The position numbers and the translations under genes were made by a program. Below the pieces are notes generated by a model, which worked only from the letters and a program-made list of their open reading frames with translations, had not been told where the DNA came from and did no database searches. A stretch of DNA of 64,000 bases from Spirochaetia bacterium (GTDB taxonomy: Bacteria; Spirochaetota; Spirochaetia; SZUA-6; Bin103), in NCBI GenBank assembly GCA_965199955.1, contig CBDATQ010000002.1:96001-160000 (forward strand), given 5' to 3'. Shown here in pieces: positions 1 through 9,735 of this stretch (positions within the stretch are counted from its first letter, which is position 1; the number at the start of each line of letters is the position of its first letter).

Positions 1-2490
1 GGTCGTCCCCCCACGCCGTGGAGAAGGCCGCGTGCCGCGTTTCCGCCCCGATGGTCAGCGCAACCCGTGGAATTCCGGTCACCGTTACGGATCTGTCGAA
101 TTCGACCGTCACCTCGATCGTCTCTCCCCGTTCGAAGGTGTCACCCCGCGCTGGGGAGTAGCTGAGGTAGAGATGGCTCACCGCCGGTGCCGTGACGGCG
201 TTCCCGTCCATCTTGCGGCGGCTGTCGGCAGCTACGGTCCCATGCGTGAGATCAGCGTCGGTCGTGCCGTCGGCTGCCTTGATGGTGCCGCCGTTGAGCG
301 ACAGCGCGTTGGCGGGGATGCTGATGCCGTCCTCATCGCGGTCCCCCTCCTGCACGGTGTATTCGAAGTACAGGCGCTCGTCGCCCCATCCCGAGAATTC
401 CGCGTACCGCGTCTCCGCGCCGACGGTCAGCGCCACCTGGGGCTGCCCGGTTGCCGCTACCAATCTGTCGAACGCGACTTCCACCTCAACTGTCTCGCCC
501 AGCTCGTAGGTATCACCTCGTGCCGGGGAGTAGGAGATGTCGATGTTCCTCACCCGCGGTGGCGTGACATCGCTGCCGTTTACCTTGCTTTCGCCGTCGG
601 GGGCCATCGCCTCGTGCGTCAGCAGGGCGTCGGTTGTGCCGTCGGCGGCCGTGACGGTGCCGCCGTCGAGCGACAGCGCGTTGGCGGGGATGCTGATGCC
701 GTCCTCATCACGGTCCCCCGCTTTCACCGTGTAGCGGAAGCTCACGAAGTGGCCCCATGCGTGCCCGGTCGCGTGCCGCGTTTGCGTCCCGATGGTCAGC
801 GCCAGCCGGGGCTCCCCTGTTGTCTTCACCGCTCTGTCGAATTCCACTTCGATTTCGATCGTCTCGCCCAGTTGGTAGGTGTCACCGTGTGCCGGGGAGG
901 AGTCGATGTAGATGCCTCTCACTCCCGGTGGCGCGACATCGCTGCTGCCGTCCACTTTCCTGTCACTGTCGGCGACCACCTCCTCGTGCGTCAGGTCAGC
1001 GTCGGCCGTGCCGTCGGCGGCCGTGATGGTGCCGCCATTGAGTGACAACGCGTTGGCCGGGATGCTGATTCCGTCTTCGTCCCGGTCACCTTCCTGCACC
1101 GTGTATCCGAAGTGCACACGCCGGTCGGCCCCCCACGTCCGCCACGACGTGGGGTAGACCGCGTGCCGTGTCTCGGCCCCGATGATCAGCGCCACCTGGG
1201 GGCTGCCGGTCACCCGCACCGGCTTGTCGAACTCGACCATCACCTCGACGGTTTCGCCGAGCTCGTAGGTGTCATCCGCTCCTCGGAAGGAGATGAAGGA
1301 GATGTGTTGCACCGCCGCCGGCGAGGCCAGGTCGCCGTCCACCTTCCTGCCGCCGTCGGCGGCCACGGCGGCGTGCGTCAGCTCGGCGCGGGTGGCGCCG
1401 TCGGATCCCCTGATCGTTTCGCCGTTGAGGGCCAGCGCGTCGGCCTCGATGCTGATGCCGTCCTCGTCGCGGTCGCCCTCCTGCACGGTGTACTCGGCGA
1501 ACAGAAGAGGAGAAGGGTCCATGTCCCAGCCCGAAGAGGTCGCCTGCCGCGTCTCCGTTCCGATGGTCAGCGGCACCCGAACACTGCCGGTTACCGCCAC
1601 GGCTCTGTCGAACCGGACGAGCACCTGAATCGTCTCTCCGCGTTCGTAGGTCTCATCTCTGGTCGGGGAGGAAAAGAAGGAGATGCTCATCACGGCGGGC
1701 GGCGAGGACCGGCTGCCGTCCACCTCGTGGCCGCCCTGGGCGACGACCGTCTCGTGCGCCAAGTCGGCGTCGGTGGTGCCGTCGGGTCCCTTGATGGCTG
1801 CGCCGTCGAGGGTGAGGGCGTTGGCCGGGATGCTGATGCCGTCCTCGTCTCTGTCCCCCGCCTGCACGATGTAGTCGAAGTACAGAAACGGGGTGCCCCA
1901 TCCATAGGAGGTCGCCTGCCGCGTCTCCTCGCCGATGGTCAGCGCCAGGTGGACGCTGCCGGTTACGGTCACTTCCCTGTCGAACTGAACGAGCACGCGA
2001 ATCGTCTCTCCGAGTTCGTAGGTGTCATCCCTGGCCGGGGAGGAAACGAGGGAGATGCTCTTCACCGCGGGCGGCGAGACCAGGCTGCCGTCCACCTTGT
2101 GGCCGCCCTCCGCGGCGACCGCCGCGTGCGTCAGGTCGGCGTCGATGGTGCCGTCGGGTCCCTTGATGGTTGCGCCGTCGAGGGTGAGGGCGTTGGCCGG
2201 GATGCCGATCCTGTCCTCGTCTCTGTCCCCCTCCTGCACCGTGTAGCGGAAGTGCAGGGCAGGGTGGAGGTCTTCGGAAACATGGAGGAGGGACAGAAGA
2301 GAGTGACTGACCCAGGTGAAGTCGATCGCGTGTCGCGTCTCGGCCCCGATGTTCAGCTTCAGCCGGGGAGTGCCGGTCACCGCCACCGCCGGATCGAACT
2401 CGACGACTACCTCGATCGCCTCACCGAACTCGTAGGTGTCACCCCTCGCCGGGGAGGAGACGACGGTGATCGAGGAGACTGACGGCGCCT
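1..2490 (-). repeat. Intragenic tandem repeats, 372-387 bp period
   Basis: Marker GATGCTGATGCCGTC or a close variant at 317, 689, 1061, 1448, 1829 and 2201. Spacings are 372, 372, 387, 381 and 372, all multiples of 3. Confidence 0.9.
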
Positions 2491-2599
2491 CGCGTACGGG
2501 CTCGGCAAACGCTCCTGCGGCGTTGAAAGCCAGCAGGCATGTGAACGCCGGCGGGAAGAAGAAACCGATCAGATTGCGCCCGCGCCATGCCTTGCTCAT
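1..2599 (-). CDS. Secreted tandem-repeat surface protein (Ig-like beta-sandwich repeats inferred); 3' end beyond window
   Basis: Translated by hand. ATG 2599 gives MSKAWRGRNLIGFFFPPAFTCLLAFNAAGAFAEP (signal-peptide-like), then at least 6.5 repeats with core DTYE.GE.I.V.V.FD..V.VTG...L.L.IG.ETR.A...YTVQ.GDRDEDGISIPANAL.L.G.TI...DG..DADL.H. Absent from the ORF track, consistent with no stop before the edge; + ORFs 32..1045 and 1112..2482 are its antisense shadows. Confidence 0.88.
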   Translation of the reverse strand, partial: MSKAWRGRNLIGFFFPPAFTCLLAFNAAGAFAEPVREAPSVSSITVVSSPARGDTYEFGEAIEVVVEFDPAVAVTGTPRLKLNIGAETRHAIDFTWVSHSLLSLLHVSEDLHPALHFRYTVQEGDRDEDRIGIPANALTLDGATIKGPDGTIDADLTHAAVAAEGGHKVDGSLVSPPAVKSISLVSSPARDDTYELGETIRVLVQFDREVTVTGSVHLALTIGEETRQATSYGWGTPFLYFDYIVQAGDRDEDGISIPANALTLDGAAIKGPDGTTDADLAHETVVAQGGHEVDGSRSSPPAVMSISFFSSPTRDETYERGETIQVLVRFDRAVAVTGSVRVPLTIGTETRQATSSGWDMDPSPLLFAEYTVQEGDRDEDGISIEADALALNGETIRGSDGATRAELTHAAVAADGGRKVDGDLASPAAVQHISFISFRGADDTYELGETVEVMVEFDKPVRVTGSPQVALIIGAETRHAVYPTSWRTWGADRRVHFGYTVQEGDRDEDGISIPANALSLNGGTITAADGTADADLTHEEVVADSDRKVDGSSDVAPPGVRGIYIDSSPAHGDTYQLGETIEIEVEFDRAVKTTGEPRLALTIGTQTRHATGHAWGHFVSFRYTVKAGDRDEDGISIPANALSLDGGTVTAADGTTDALLTHEAMAPDGESKVNGSDVTPPRVRNIDISYSPARGDTYELGETVEVEVAFDRLVAATGQPQVALTVGAETRYAEFSGWGDERLYFEYTVQEGDRDEDGISIPANALSLNGGTIKAADGTTDADLTHGTVAADSRRKMDGNAVTAPAVSHLYLSYSPARGDTFERGETIEVTVEFDRSVTVTGIPRVALTIGAETRHAAFSTAWGDD

Positions 2600-2656
2600 A
2601 CCGGATGCTACCGTGATCCTTTGCCGCGGACATCCTCGACGGCGATGGCGGACGAG

Positions 2657-3604
2657 TCAGAGCCGCATCTGCACCATGTCGGCGGTGTCCGGTTCGGCCA
2701 TGGCGTCATCCAGGTACACGTAGTGCTCGCCGCTTCGGTACGAGTATCCGACATGCTCGCCTGAGGGACTCAGGGCGATCACGGCGATGTGCCCGGCCAG
2801 CGGATCGTCGAGGTCGCGGAGGTCGTCCAGCGCGGTGGTCATGGCGTCGGCCAGCGACATGCCGGTGCGCAGGTAGAGCACCACGCTGCGGGTGGTCAGG
2901 GTCCGCAGCACGACCTCGCCGGTCCCGGTCGAGGCCGCGGCGCCCCAGCGGTTGTCCGCGTAGCCGCCCGCGCCGATGATAGGCGAGTCGCCGAGCCGGC
3001 CGGGGTAACCCCAGGGGTAGCCGCTGGTGCTGACCGCGCTCGCCAGGTTGCCGCCGCGGTCCTGCGCCAGGAAGTTGACCGTGCCGTGCGGCTCATTCGC
3101 GCCCGGCGGGTCCCAGCCGCGCATGGAGTCCCGCGCGCCGCCGACCAGCTCCAACAGCCGGTCGCGGCCGGTGATCCCGTCGGGATCGACGTCGGGGTGG
3201 CGATGCGCGATCCCCTCCCGCCAGCGCGATGCGGCCTCCTCGGTCAACAGGTCGTGCTTGTCCATGCCGATCTCGCGCGCGAAGCGCTCGGCCCCGTCCG
3301 CGACCAGGAGCACGTGTGGGCTGCGCTCCATGACGCGGCGCGCCAGGGTGATGGCGTGCAGGACGCCGCGCACCGAGCCGACGGCCCCCGCGCGCAGGGT
3401 GCGTCCGTCCATGATGCTGGCGTCCAGGCGCACCTCGCCGGTGATGTTCGGCAGGCCGCCGAGGCCGACGGTGTGGTCGCGCGCGTTCAGCTCGACTCGG
3501 CGCGTACCGGCCTCCACGGCGTCGAGCGCCGATCCGCCGTCGCGCAGGACCGCCATGGCATCCCGGATGCCGACCGCCCCGTTGGCGGTGCTCACGACCA
3601 TCAT
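2657..3604 (-). CDS. Isoaspartyl peptidase/glycosylasparaginase family (Asparaginase_2, Ntn hydrolase)
   Basis: C-terminal part of ORF 2657..4597 from MMVVSTANG. Motifs GGSALDAVE, VGLGGLPN, LDASIMDG, HGTVNFLA (nucleophile Thr), GRLGDSPIIGAG, STGTGE. Confidence 0.9.
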   Translation of the reverse strand: MMVVSTANGAVGIRDAMAVLRDGGSALDAVEAGTRRVELNARDHTVGLGGLPNITGEVRLDASIMDGRTLRAGAVGSVRGVLHAITLARRVMERSPHVLLVADGAERFAREIGMDKHDLLTEEAASRWREGIAHRHPDVDPDGITGRDRLLELVGGARDSMRGWDPPGANEPHGTVNFLAQDRGGNLASAVSTSGYPWGYPGRLGDSPIIGAGGYADNRWGAAASTGTGEVVLRTLTTRSVVLYLRTGMSLADAMTTALDDLRDLDDPLAGHIAVIALSPSGEHVGYSYRSGEHYVYLDDAMAEPDTADMVQMRL

Positions 3605-3751
3605 CGGCCGCCCCACGGTAGCACGAGCTCTACAGCCAACCGTGCAACATCGCCGATCCCCGATATAAACTCCGCCAAGGCGAGGAGGTCGACCGTCCGT
3701 GAGCATTGTACTGTCCGCCAGCGACAGTGACTCCGCGTAGGAGCGCGACCG

Positions 3752-4885
3752 ATGGCGGAGGCGGCACGCGGCGAGGCCCGCCAGGAGCTGCAGGAAAAGT
3801 ACTTCCTGGCCTCGCAGTGGCAGTTGATGTGGCGCAAGCTGCGCCGCCACCGGCTGGCGCTGGCCGGGGCCACGGTGCTGGCGCTGCTGTACCTGGTGGC
3901 GATCTTCGCCGAGTTCTTCGCGCCGCACGACATCTTCCAGCGCCACAACGACTACATCAACGCTCCTCCGCAGCTCGTGCGGGTCTTCGACCAGGGGAGC
4001 GTCCAGATGCCGTTCGTGTATCCGCTGGTCCAGACCCGCAACGAGGTGACCCTGCGGCGGGAGTACACGGCCGACACGACGCGCCGGTTGCCGCTGGTCC
4101 TGTTCGTGCGGGGCGACCCCTACAAGCTGTGGGGGATCTTCCGCACGGACGTGCACTTCTTCGGCACCCAGGGTGGCGAGGCGTTCCTGCTGGGCACCGA
4201 CCGGCTCGGCCGCGACATGCTCTCCCGCGTCATCCACGGCGCCCGCATCTCGCTGTCGATCGGGCTGGTGGGCGTGTTCATCAGCTTCGTCCTGGGGTGC
4301 ATCCTGGGCGGCATCTCCGGGTACTACGGCGGCACCCCCGACCTGATCGTGCAGCGCGCCATCGAGTTCATCATCTCCATACCTACCATTCCCCTGTGGA
4401 TGGCGCTGTCGGCGGCGCTGCCCGCCGACTGGCCGGCGCTGCGCGTCTACTTCGCCATCACCGTGATCCTGGCGCTGCAGGGCTGGGCCGGCCTGGCGCG
4501 GGTGGTGCGCGGCAAGCTGCTGGAGCTGCGCGAGGAGGACTTCGTGATGGCGGCGCGCATCGCCGGTCAGGGCGCCGGCGACATCATCCGGCGCCACCTG
4601 CTGCCGTCGTTCATGAGCTACCTGATCGTCAACATCACGCTGGCGATTCCCGGCATGATCCTGGGCGAGACGGCGCTGAGCTTTCTGGGGCTGGGGCTGC
4701 GGCCGCCGGTGGTGAGCTGGGGCGTGCTGCTCAAGGACGCCCAGACCCTCAGTACCGTGGTGATCCAGCCGTGGCGCCTGATACCCGGCATCTTCGTCGT
4801 GGTGACGGTGCTGATGTTCAACTTCCTGGGCGACGGGCTGCGCGACGCCGCGGACCCCTACACGAGTGAGGAACGCAAGGAATGA
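3752..4885 (+). CDS. ABC peptide/oligosaccharide permease (OppC/DppC-like)
   Basis: LGTDRLGRDMLSR, EAA-loop EDFVMAARIAG, ILGETALSFLGLG, NFLGDGLRDAADP. Confidence 0.92.
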   Translation: MAEAARGEARQELQEKYFLASQWQLMWRKLRRHRLALAGATVLALLYLVAIFAEFFAPHDIFQRHNDYINAPPQLVRVFDQGSVQMPFVYPLVQTRNEVTLRREYTADTTRRLPLVLFVRGDPYKLWGIFRTDVHFFGTQGGEAFLLGTDRLGRDMLSRVIHGARISLSIGLVGVFISFVLGCILGGISGYYGGTPDLIVQRAIEFIISIPTIPLWMALSAALPADWPALRVYFAITVILALQGWAGLARVVRGKLLELREEDFVMAARIAGQGAGDIIRRHLLPSFMSYLIVNITLAIPGMILGETALSFLGLGLRPPVVSWGVLLKDAQTLSTVVIQPWRLIPGIFVVVTVLMFNFLGDGLRDAADPYTSEERKE

Positions 4886-5880
4886 GCGGGTACGTCGTCC
4901 GCCGCATCGCCTACACCGTCACGGTGCTGATCGCGATCTCGATCTTCGGCTTCATCATCATCGAGCTGCCGCCGGGCGACTTCGTGTCCACGAAGGTGGC
5001 GCAGCTCGAGGCGACCGGCCAGCGCGTCAACCAGGAGATGGTGGACGCGCTGCGCCTGCAGTACGGGCTCGACAGCCCGGTCTACCTGCGCTACCTGACC
5101 TGGATGAAGCGGCTGCTGAGCGGCAGCCCGGGCATGTCCCTGGACTGGAACCGGCCGGTCATGGAGCTGATCCTGGAGCGGCTGCCGCTCACCATCCTGC
5201 TGACGGGGGCGACGCTGATCTTCACCTACCTGGTGGCGATACCGATCGGCATCTACTCCGCCACGCACCAGTACTCGCTCGGTGACTACACCTTCACCGC
5301 GCTGGGGTTCATCGGCCTGGCGACGCCCAACTTCCTGCTCGCCCTGATCCTCATGTACCTGCTGTTCAAGCTGTTCGGGATCTCCATCGGCGGACTGTTC
5401 TCGCTGGAATACGCGCGCGCCGAGTGGAGCTTCGCCAAGCTGCTCGACATGCTCGGCCACCTGGTGGCGCCGATCATCGTCATCGGCACCGCCGGCACCG
5501 CTTGGCTGATCCGCGTGATGCGCGCTTCGCTGCTCGACGAGCTGCGCAAGCAGTACGTGATCACCGCCCGCGCCAAGGGCGTCGGCGAACGCTCCCTGCT
5601 GTTCAAGTACCCGGTGCGCATCGCCGTGAACCCGATCGTCAGCACCGTGGGATGGCTGCTGCCGGTGATCGTGTCCGGCGAGGTGATCACCGCGCTGGTA
5701 CTGAGCCTGCCGACCACCGGGCCGTTGTTGCTGCGCGCGCTGCTGGCTCAGGACATGTACCTGGCGGCCACCATCGTGATCTTCCTGACCGTGCTGACGG
5801 TCATCGGCACGCTGCTGTCCGACCTGCTGCTGGCCTGGCTCGACCCGCGCATCCGCTTCGAGGCGCAGGCGGGCGCCTGA
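4882..5880 (+). CDS. ABC permease (OppB/DppB-like)
   Basis: LPPGDF, YGLDSP, YVITARAKG, LDPRIR. ATGA overlap with the upstream gene. Confidence 0.92.
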   Translation: MSGYVVRRIAYTVTVLIAISIFGFIIIELPPGDFVSTKVAQLEATGQRVNQEMVDALRLQYGLDSPVYLRYLTWMKRLLSGSPGMSLDWNRPVMELILERLPLTILLTGATLIFTYLVAIPIGIYSATHQYSLGDYTFTALGFIGLATPNFLLALILMYLLFKLFGISIGGLFSLEYARAEWSFAKLLDMLGHLVAPIIVIGTAGTAWLIRVMRASLLDELRKQYVITARAKGVGERSLLFKYPVRIAVNPIVSTVGWLLPVIVSGEVITALVLSLPTTGPLLLRALLAQDMYLAATIVIFLTVLTVIGTLLSDLLLAWLDPRIRFEAQAGA

Positions 5881-5898
5881 CCCGGCCCGCCGGCCGGT

Positions 5899-7194
5899 TC
5901 AGGGATACTCGAAGTCTTCGACGGCGTAGATCTGCGGCAGCCCTGACTCGTCCGAGTTGAACAGCACCACGCTGCCGTCCGGCGACTGGAACGGATGCGG
6001 ATGCGTGTGCTGCGAGCGGCCGAACGACGAGCGCGGGTGGAGCAGGTATCTGGTCCGCAGCACCGCGTCGGGCTCGTCCGGCAGCACGCCGACGTAGATC
6101 ACGCAATTCTCGTGGCGGCCCTGGTAGCCGAAGGTGTCGGAGACGAACTTCGTCCCCGTCGGGTCGAAGGCGAAGTGGCACGAGTCCTCGCGCTCCATCG
6201 AGCGGCTGATGCGGTTGCGCGTCGCGCCCGGTATCAGGCGCCCGTGGTGCATGGTGCCGGGCTCGGCGCGGACCGCCGTGGCCTCCAGCAGCGGATACCG
6301 TTCCTCGCTCTCGATGGCCATGCTTGCCACCACCGACATCTGCTCGCCGCGCCACGCCTGGTGCCCCTGGCACGTCTCGACTCCGTCGCGGCCGAACGCG
6401 TAGCAACGGAAGTCGCTGCCGTCGTCGCGGATCACGTGCACGTCGGCGCCCTTGCCGCCGGCCTGGGTGACGATGTCGCCCAGCTCGTCCACGTCGCAGC
6501 CGTGGTTGTCCTGCAGGAGGATGTCGTGGCTCTCCTCCGGGTCCTTCGAGCGGGAGTACTGGTGGTGGATGTTGCAGAAGCTCTGGCCTTCGAAAATGAG
6601 CGATACGGCGGCGCGTTCGACGTCGAACACCACCAGGCCCCAGGGGGCGTTGTGGGTGCGGCCGTCGCCGAGGTAGCCGGCCATGCACAGGCGGGCGCCG
6701 TCGGAGGAGATGCTGCTGGTGCCGTAGAGCAGGCTCAGGTGGCGGCCGGCTTCCGGCAGCGGGCCGTCGAACCTGGCCAGGGTCTCGCGCTGGAAGGAGT
6801 CGAGGTCCACGCGCTTGACCGCCCACCAGCCGCCGCCTGCGCGCGTGCGGTCGATGAAGTAGTACATGTAGCGTCCGTCCGGGGAGACGCTGGGGCCGAT
6901 GGCGCCCTCCTCGTCGGTGAGCTGGATGAACGAGTAGCCGTCCTGGATGTCGCACAGCAGGTACTCGCGCCGGCTGCTGCGGGTGTCGACGTCGGCCGGA
7001 TCGAGGAAGCGCTGGAACACGAAGCGCCGGGAGTCGGGCGTGAACACCCGCGCCTCCATGTAGATGTGGCTGTGCGGGCGCCCGGCGTCGGCGCTGATCT
7101 GCGTGACCCGCAGCCCTTTCGGTGAGCGCTCGCCGAGCAGATCGGGGCGCTCGCGGTGCTGGCGATAGACCTCTGTGTTGACGCGGCTCTCCAT
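5899..7194 (-). CDS. Oligogalacturonate lyase (PL22/Ogl)-like beta-propeller
   Basis: HIYMEARVFTPDSRRFVF near the N-terminus, CQGHQAW, and C-terminal THPHPFQSPDGSVVLFNSDESGLPQIY resemble Ogl. Start placed at MESRVN. Confidence 0.7.
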   Translation of the reverse strand: MESRVNTEVYRQHRERPDLLGERSPKGLRVTQISADAGRPHSHIYMEARVFTPDSRRFVFQRFLDPADVDTRSSRREYLLCDIQDGYSFIQLTDEEGAIGPSVSPDGRYMYYFIDRTRAGGGWWAVKRVDLDSFQRETLARFDGPLPEAGRHLSLLYGTSSISSDGARLCMAGYLGDGRTHNAPWGLVVFDVERAAVSLIFEGQSFCNIHHQYSRSKDPEESHDILLQDNHGCDVDELGDIVTQAGGKGADVHVIRDDGSDFRCYAFGRDGVETCQGHQAWRGEQMSVVASMAIESEERYPLLEATAVRAEPGTMHHGRLIPGATRNRISRSMEREDSCHFAFDPTGTKFVSDTFGYQGRHENCVIYVGVLPDEPDAVLRTRYLLHPRSSFGRSQHTHPHPFQSPDGSVVLFNSDESGLPQIYAVEDFEYP

Positions 7195-7384
7195 GGCGCA
7201 ACCGTAGCGCCGAACCGCCCGCTCCACAACTTAGGATGCTCAGCCCCGGGGCGGAGCTCGCCCGGACGATCCGTTCTCGGCGAGCTCGCCGGTGGTCCGA
7301 GCGGTAACGGGCACCGAGGCTGAGGCCGGAAGCGCTTGCGCGCGATGTGCGAGTTGATCGACCGGGGTGAGGTGGCCCGCAAGC

Positions 7385-7437
7385 TTTGTACAAATACTAA
7401 AAGATTCTTGACACACATCGAACTTGCCGGCTACGAT
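7385..7437 (+). promoter_or_regulatory. Sigma70-like promoter with upstream palindrome
   Basis: AT-rich patch. TTGACA 7408-7413, 18-nt spacer, TACGAT 7432-7437; perfect palindrome TTTGTACAAA at 7385-7394. Confidence 0.6.
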
Positions 7438-7459
7438 GTCCAACGTCGTGGAAGGAGAA

Positions 7460-8107
7460 GTGACGACGGCGGCGGCAACTGCCGTCGATGGCGTCCGCAC
7501 CGGCGGGCAGTCCGAGACGCTGGGCAGCAGGTTGCGGCGGCGGCGGCGTGAACTCGGCTTGACGTTGCAGCAGGTCGGCGACGGCGCGAAGCTCTCGGTC
7601 GGCTTCATATCGCAGGTCGAACGCGACCTGACGTCGCCCTCGCTGTCATCTCTCGCGGCGATATCGCGCGTGCTGCAGGCGCACATTTCCGAATTCTTCG
7701 CGATTCCGGGTGGCGGCTCGCTGACAACCAGGGCCAGGACCCGCGGGCACTATTCGCTCGACAAGCGAAACACCGACTACGAGCGGGTTACCGCAAACTT
7801 CCCGGGTCACGTTCTCAACGGCGTCATCATGCATGAACCGCCCGGCTACCGAAGCGAACCGATCAGACACGAGGGAGAGGAGTTCTTCTTTGTGCTGAGT
7901 GGTTCGATAACCGTGGAAGTCGGCGGCAAGGCCACGATCCTCAACGCGGGCGACTCGATCCACTTCAGATCAGACCGGGAGCATTCCACCTGGAATCACA
8001 CCGCCGATCCCGCAAGCGTGCTGGTCGTGGTGACGATGGACATATTCGGTGAAGCCAATACCGAGAAAATGGGCAGGATCAATCATGACTCCGGCCCGGG
8101 AGGATAG
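7460..8107 (+). CDS. XRE-family HTH plus cupin transcriptional regulator (PuuR-like)
   Basis: LGSRLRRRRRELGLTLQQV...SVGFISQVERDLTSPSLSSL helix-turn-helix; cupin HEGEEFFFVLSG...GDSIHF...H. Start uncertain (GTG 7460 after AAGGAG). Confidence 0.88.
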   Translation: MTTAAATAVDGVRTGGQSETLGSRLRRRRRELGLTLQQVGDGAKLSVGFISQVERDLTSPSLSSLAAISRVLQAHISEFFAIPGGGSLTTRARTRGHYSLDKRNTDYERVTANFPGHVLNGVIMHEPPGYRSEPIRHEGEEFFFVLSGSITVEVGGKATILNAGDSIHFRSDREHSTWNHTADPASVLVVVTMDIFGEANTEKMGRINHDSGPGG

Positions 8108-8111
8108 AATC

Positions 8112-9692
8112 GTGAAGAGACACACAGCCGTCATTGTCGTGGGAGCCATCGTTGCTCTGTCGGCCGCCACGGTGCACGCGGAGACCGTGCTGCGGCTCGA
8201 CGAGGTCGCGGTCGGCGAGCTGGATCCCGCAAAGGCATCCGACTACGCCGACTCCATTCTCATGTTCAACGTCTACGATACGCTGGTGCTGCCGCGCCAG
8301 GGCGGGCCGGGCCATGTGCCGCACCTTGCAGAGTCGTGGAGCGGCAGTGGAAGCACCTACACGTTCGTGCTGCGGGACGACGTCATGTTCCAGAGTGGCA
8401 ACATGCTGACGGCTGAAGACGTCGTGTTCTCTCTGGAACGAATGACGGAGCTCGGCCAGGGCCTTTCCTACCTGTTCAGCGATGTCCAGGGTGCGGAAGC
8501 GATCGGTGAGCACACGGTCCGGTTCGATCTTGCCGAGGCATACGCTCCATTCGTGAGCTTGCTGGTCAGGCTGCCGATCGTCGACAAGCAGCTCGTAATG
8601 GCCAATCTCGGTGAAGGCGAAGGCGAGATGGGCGACTGGGGGCAGGCCTACCTGTCGGAGCACGGCGGCGGTTCGGGGGCATACAGTGTGGAGTCCCACA
8701 ATCCCCAGGAAGTCACCGTGATGGTCAAGAATCCGAACTACTTCCTCGGGATCAACGACAAGGCTCCGGACAGAGTCCGCCTCCGCTACGGGCTTGAGCC
8801 GGCAACGGTCAGGACACTCCTCGCGCAAGGTGAGCACGACATTTCCTCGCAGTGGCTGCCTCCCGAGGTCAAGCGCGCACTCGCTGATGCCGGCAATCAG
8901 CTTCTCACCGAGGGCGGCACCGGGTCGTTCTACTTCAAGATGAACACCACCAAGCCGCCACTGGACGATGTCGACTGCCGTCTCGCTCTGACGAATGCGT
9001 TCGATTACGGATCGGTTCTGAAACTGGTCGCCATCACGGACGAAGTTGCGGAGGGCTCTCCCTCAACAGGTGCGATCACGAAAGGGATGTTTGGTGCCCG
9101 ACCGGCGGGTGAATCCCTCGTTCGCGATGTTGCAGCAGCCAAGGCCCACTTGGCCAAGTGCGTACATGATCCGGCGGATTTCGAGATCGAGGTCTCGTGG
9201 ATCGCGGAAGTTCCGCTGGAAGAGCGGTTCGCGCTGCTTATGCAGGCAAACCTCGCGGAAATCGGCATCAAGTCGAAGATTACCAAGGTGCCGTGGGCGG
9301 CGTTCGCGGGCATGGTCGGCGATCCGGCAACCACCCCTCACGTCTCGCAGATCTTCGTCACGGCGACCACGGGCGATCCGGACACCCTGCTCTACGGCAT
9401 GTATCACTCGACCAGCGCGGGGACTTGGCAGTCGCCGGAGCATCTGAACGATGCCGAGGTCGACCGGTTGCTGGACGCGGGAAGGGTCGGAGCCACGGAT
9501 GCCGACCGCGACGCCGCGTATTCGGCACTGAACGACCGGCTGATGGAGATCGCTCCGACGATCTATGCGTACGACGCGGAGTCGGTTTTCGTGGCACGGC
9601 CCGGAATCCATGTTCCGGCGCTGTCGGATCCCGCCATGGCCTTCGGACTTGACACCATGGGTTTCCAGTTCAGGCTGATGGAAATCGAGTAG
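8112..9692 (+). CDS. ABC substrate-binding protein, family 5 (DppA-like)
   Basis: GTG after GGAGG; signal peptide ending TVHA; YDTLV, LAESW, TAEDVVFSLER. Confidence 0.9.
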   Translation: MKRHTAVIVVGAIVALSAATVHAETVLRLDEVAVGELDPAKASDYADSILMFNVYDTLVLPRQGGPGHVPHLAESWSGSGSTYTFVLRDDVMFQSGNMLTAEDVVFSLERMTELGQGLSYLFSDVQGAEAIGEHTVRFDLAEAYAPFVSLLVRLPIVDKQLVMANLGEGEGEMGDWGQAYLSEHGGGSGAYSVESHNPQEVTVMVKNPNYFLGINDKAPDRVRLRYGLEPATVRTLLAQGEHDISSQWLPPEVKRALADAGNQLLTEGGTGSFYFKMNTTKPPLDDVDCRLALTNAFDYGSVLKLVAITDEVAEGSPSTGAITKGMFGARPAGESLVRDVAAAKAHLAKCVHDPADFEIEVSWIAEVPLEERFALLMQANLAEIGIKSKITKVPWAAFAGMVGDPATTPHVSQIFVTATTGDPDTLLYGMYHSTSAGTWQSPEHLNDAEVDRLLDAGRVGATDADRDAAYSALNDRLMEIAPTIYAYDAESVFVARPGIHVPALSDPAMAFGLDTMGFQFRLMEIE

Positions 9693-9735
9693 CGGCCATC
9701 CTCGGCCGACCGGACAGCGCTCAGGACAGACCCGA

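Noticed and set aside
32..2482. Plus-strand ORFs of 337 and 456 aa with repeats
   Set aside because: They are codon-aligned antisense shadows of the minus-strand repeat gene.
1..2490. Repeats as a CRISPR array or DGR template/variable pair
   Set aside because: The period is ~372 bp and in-frame coding; differences include indels and do not look adenine-restricted; no cas or reverse transcriptase gene in the window.
3605..4597. 330-aa N-terminal extension on the asparaginase
   Set aside because: It is antisense to the permease; family similarity starts at ATG 3604.
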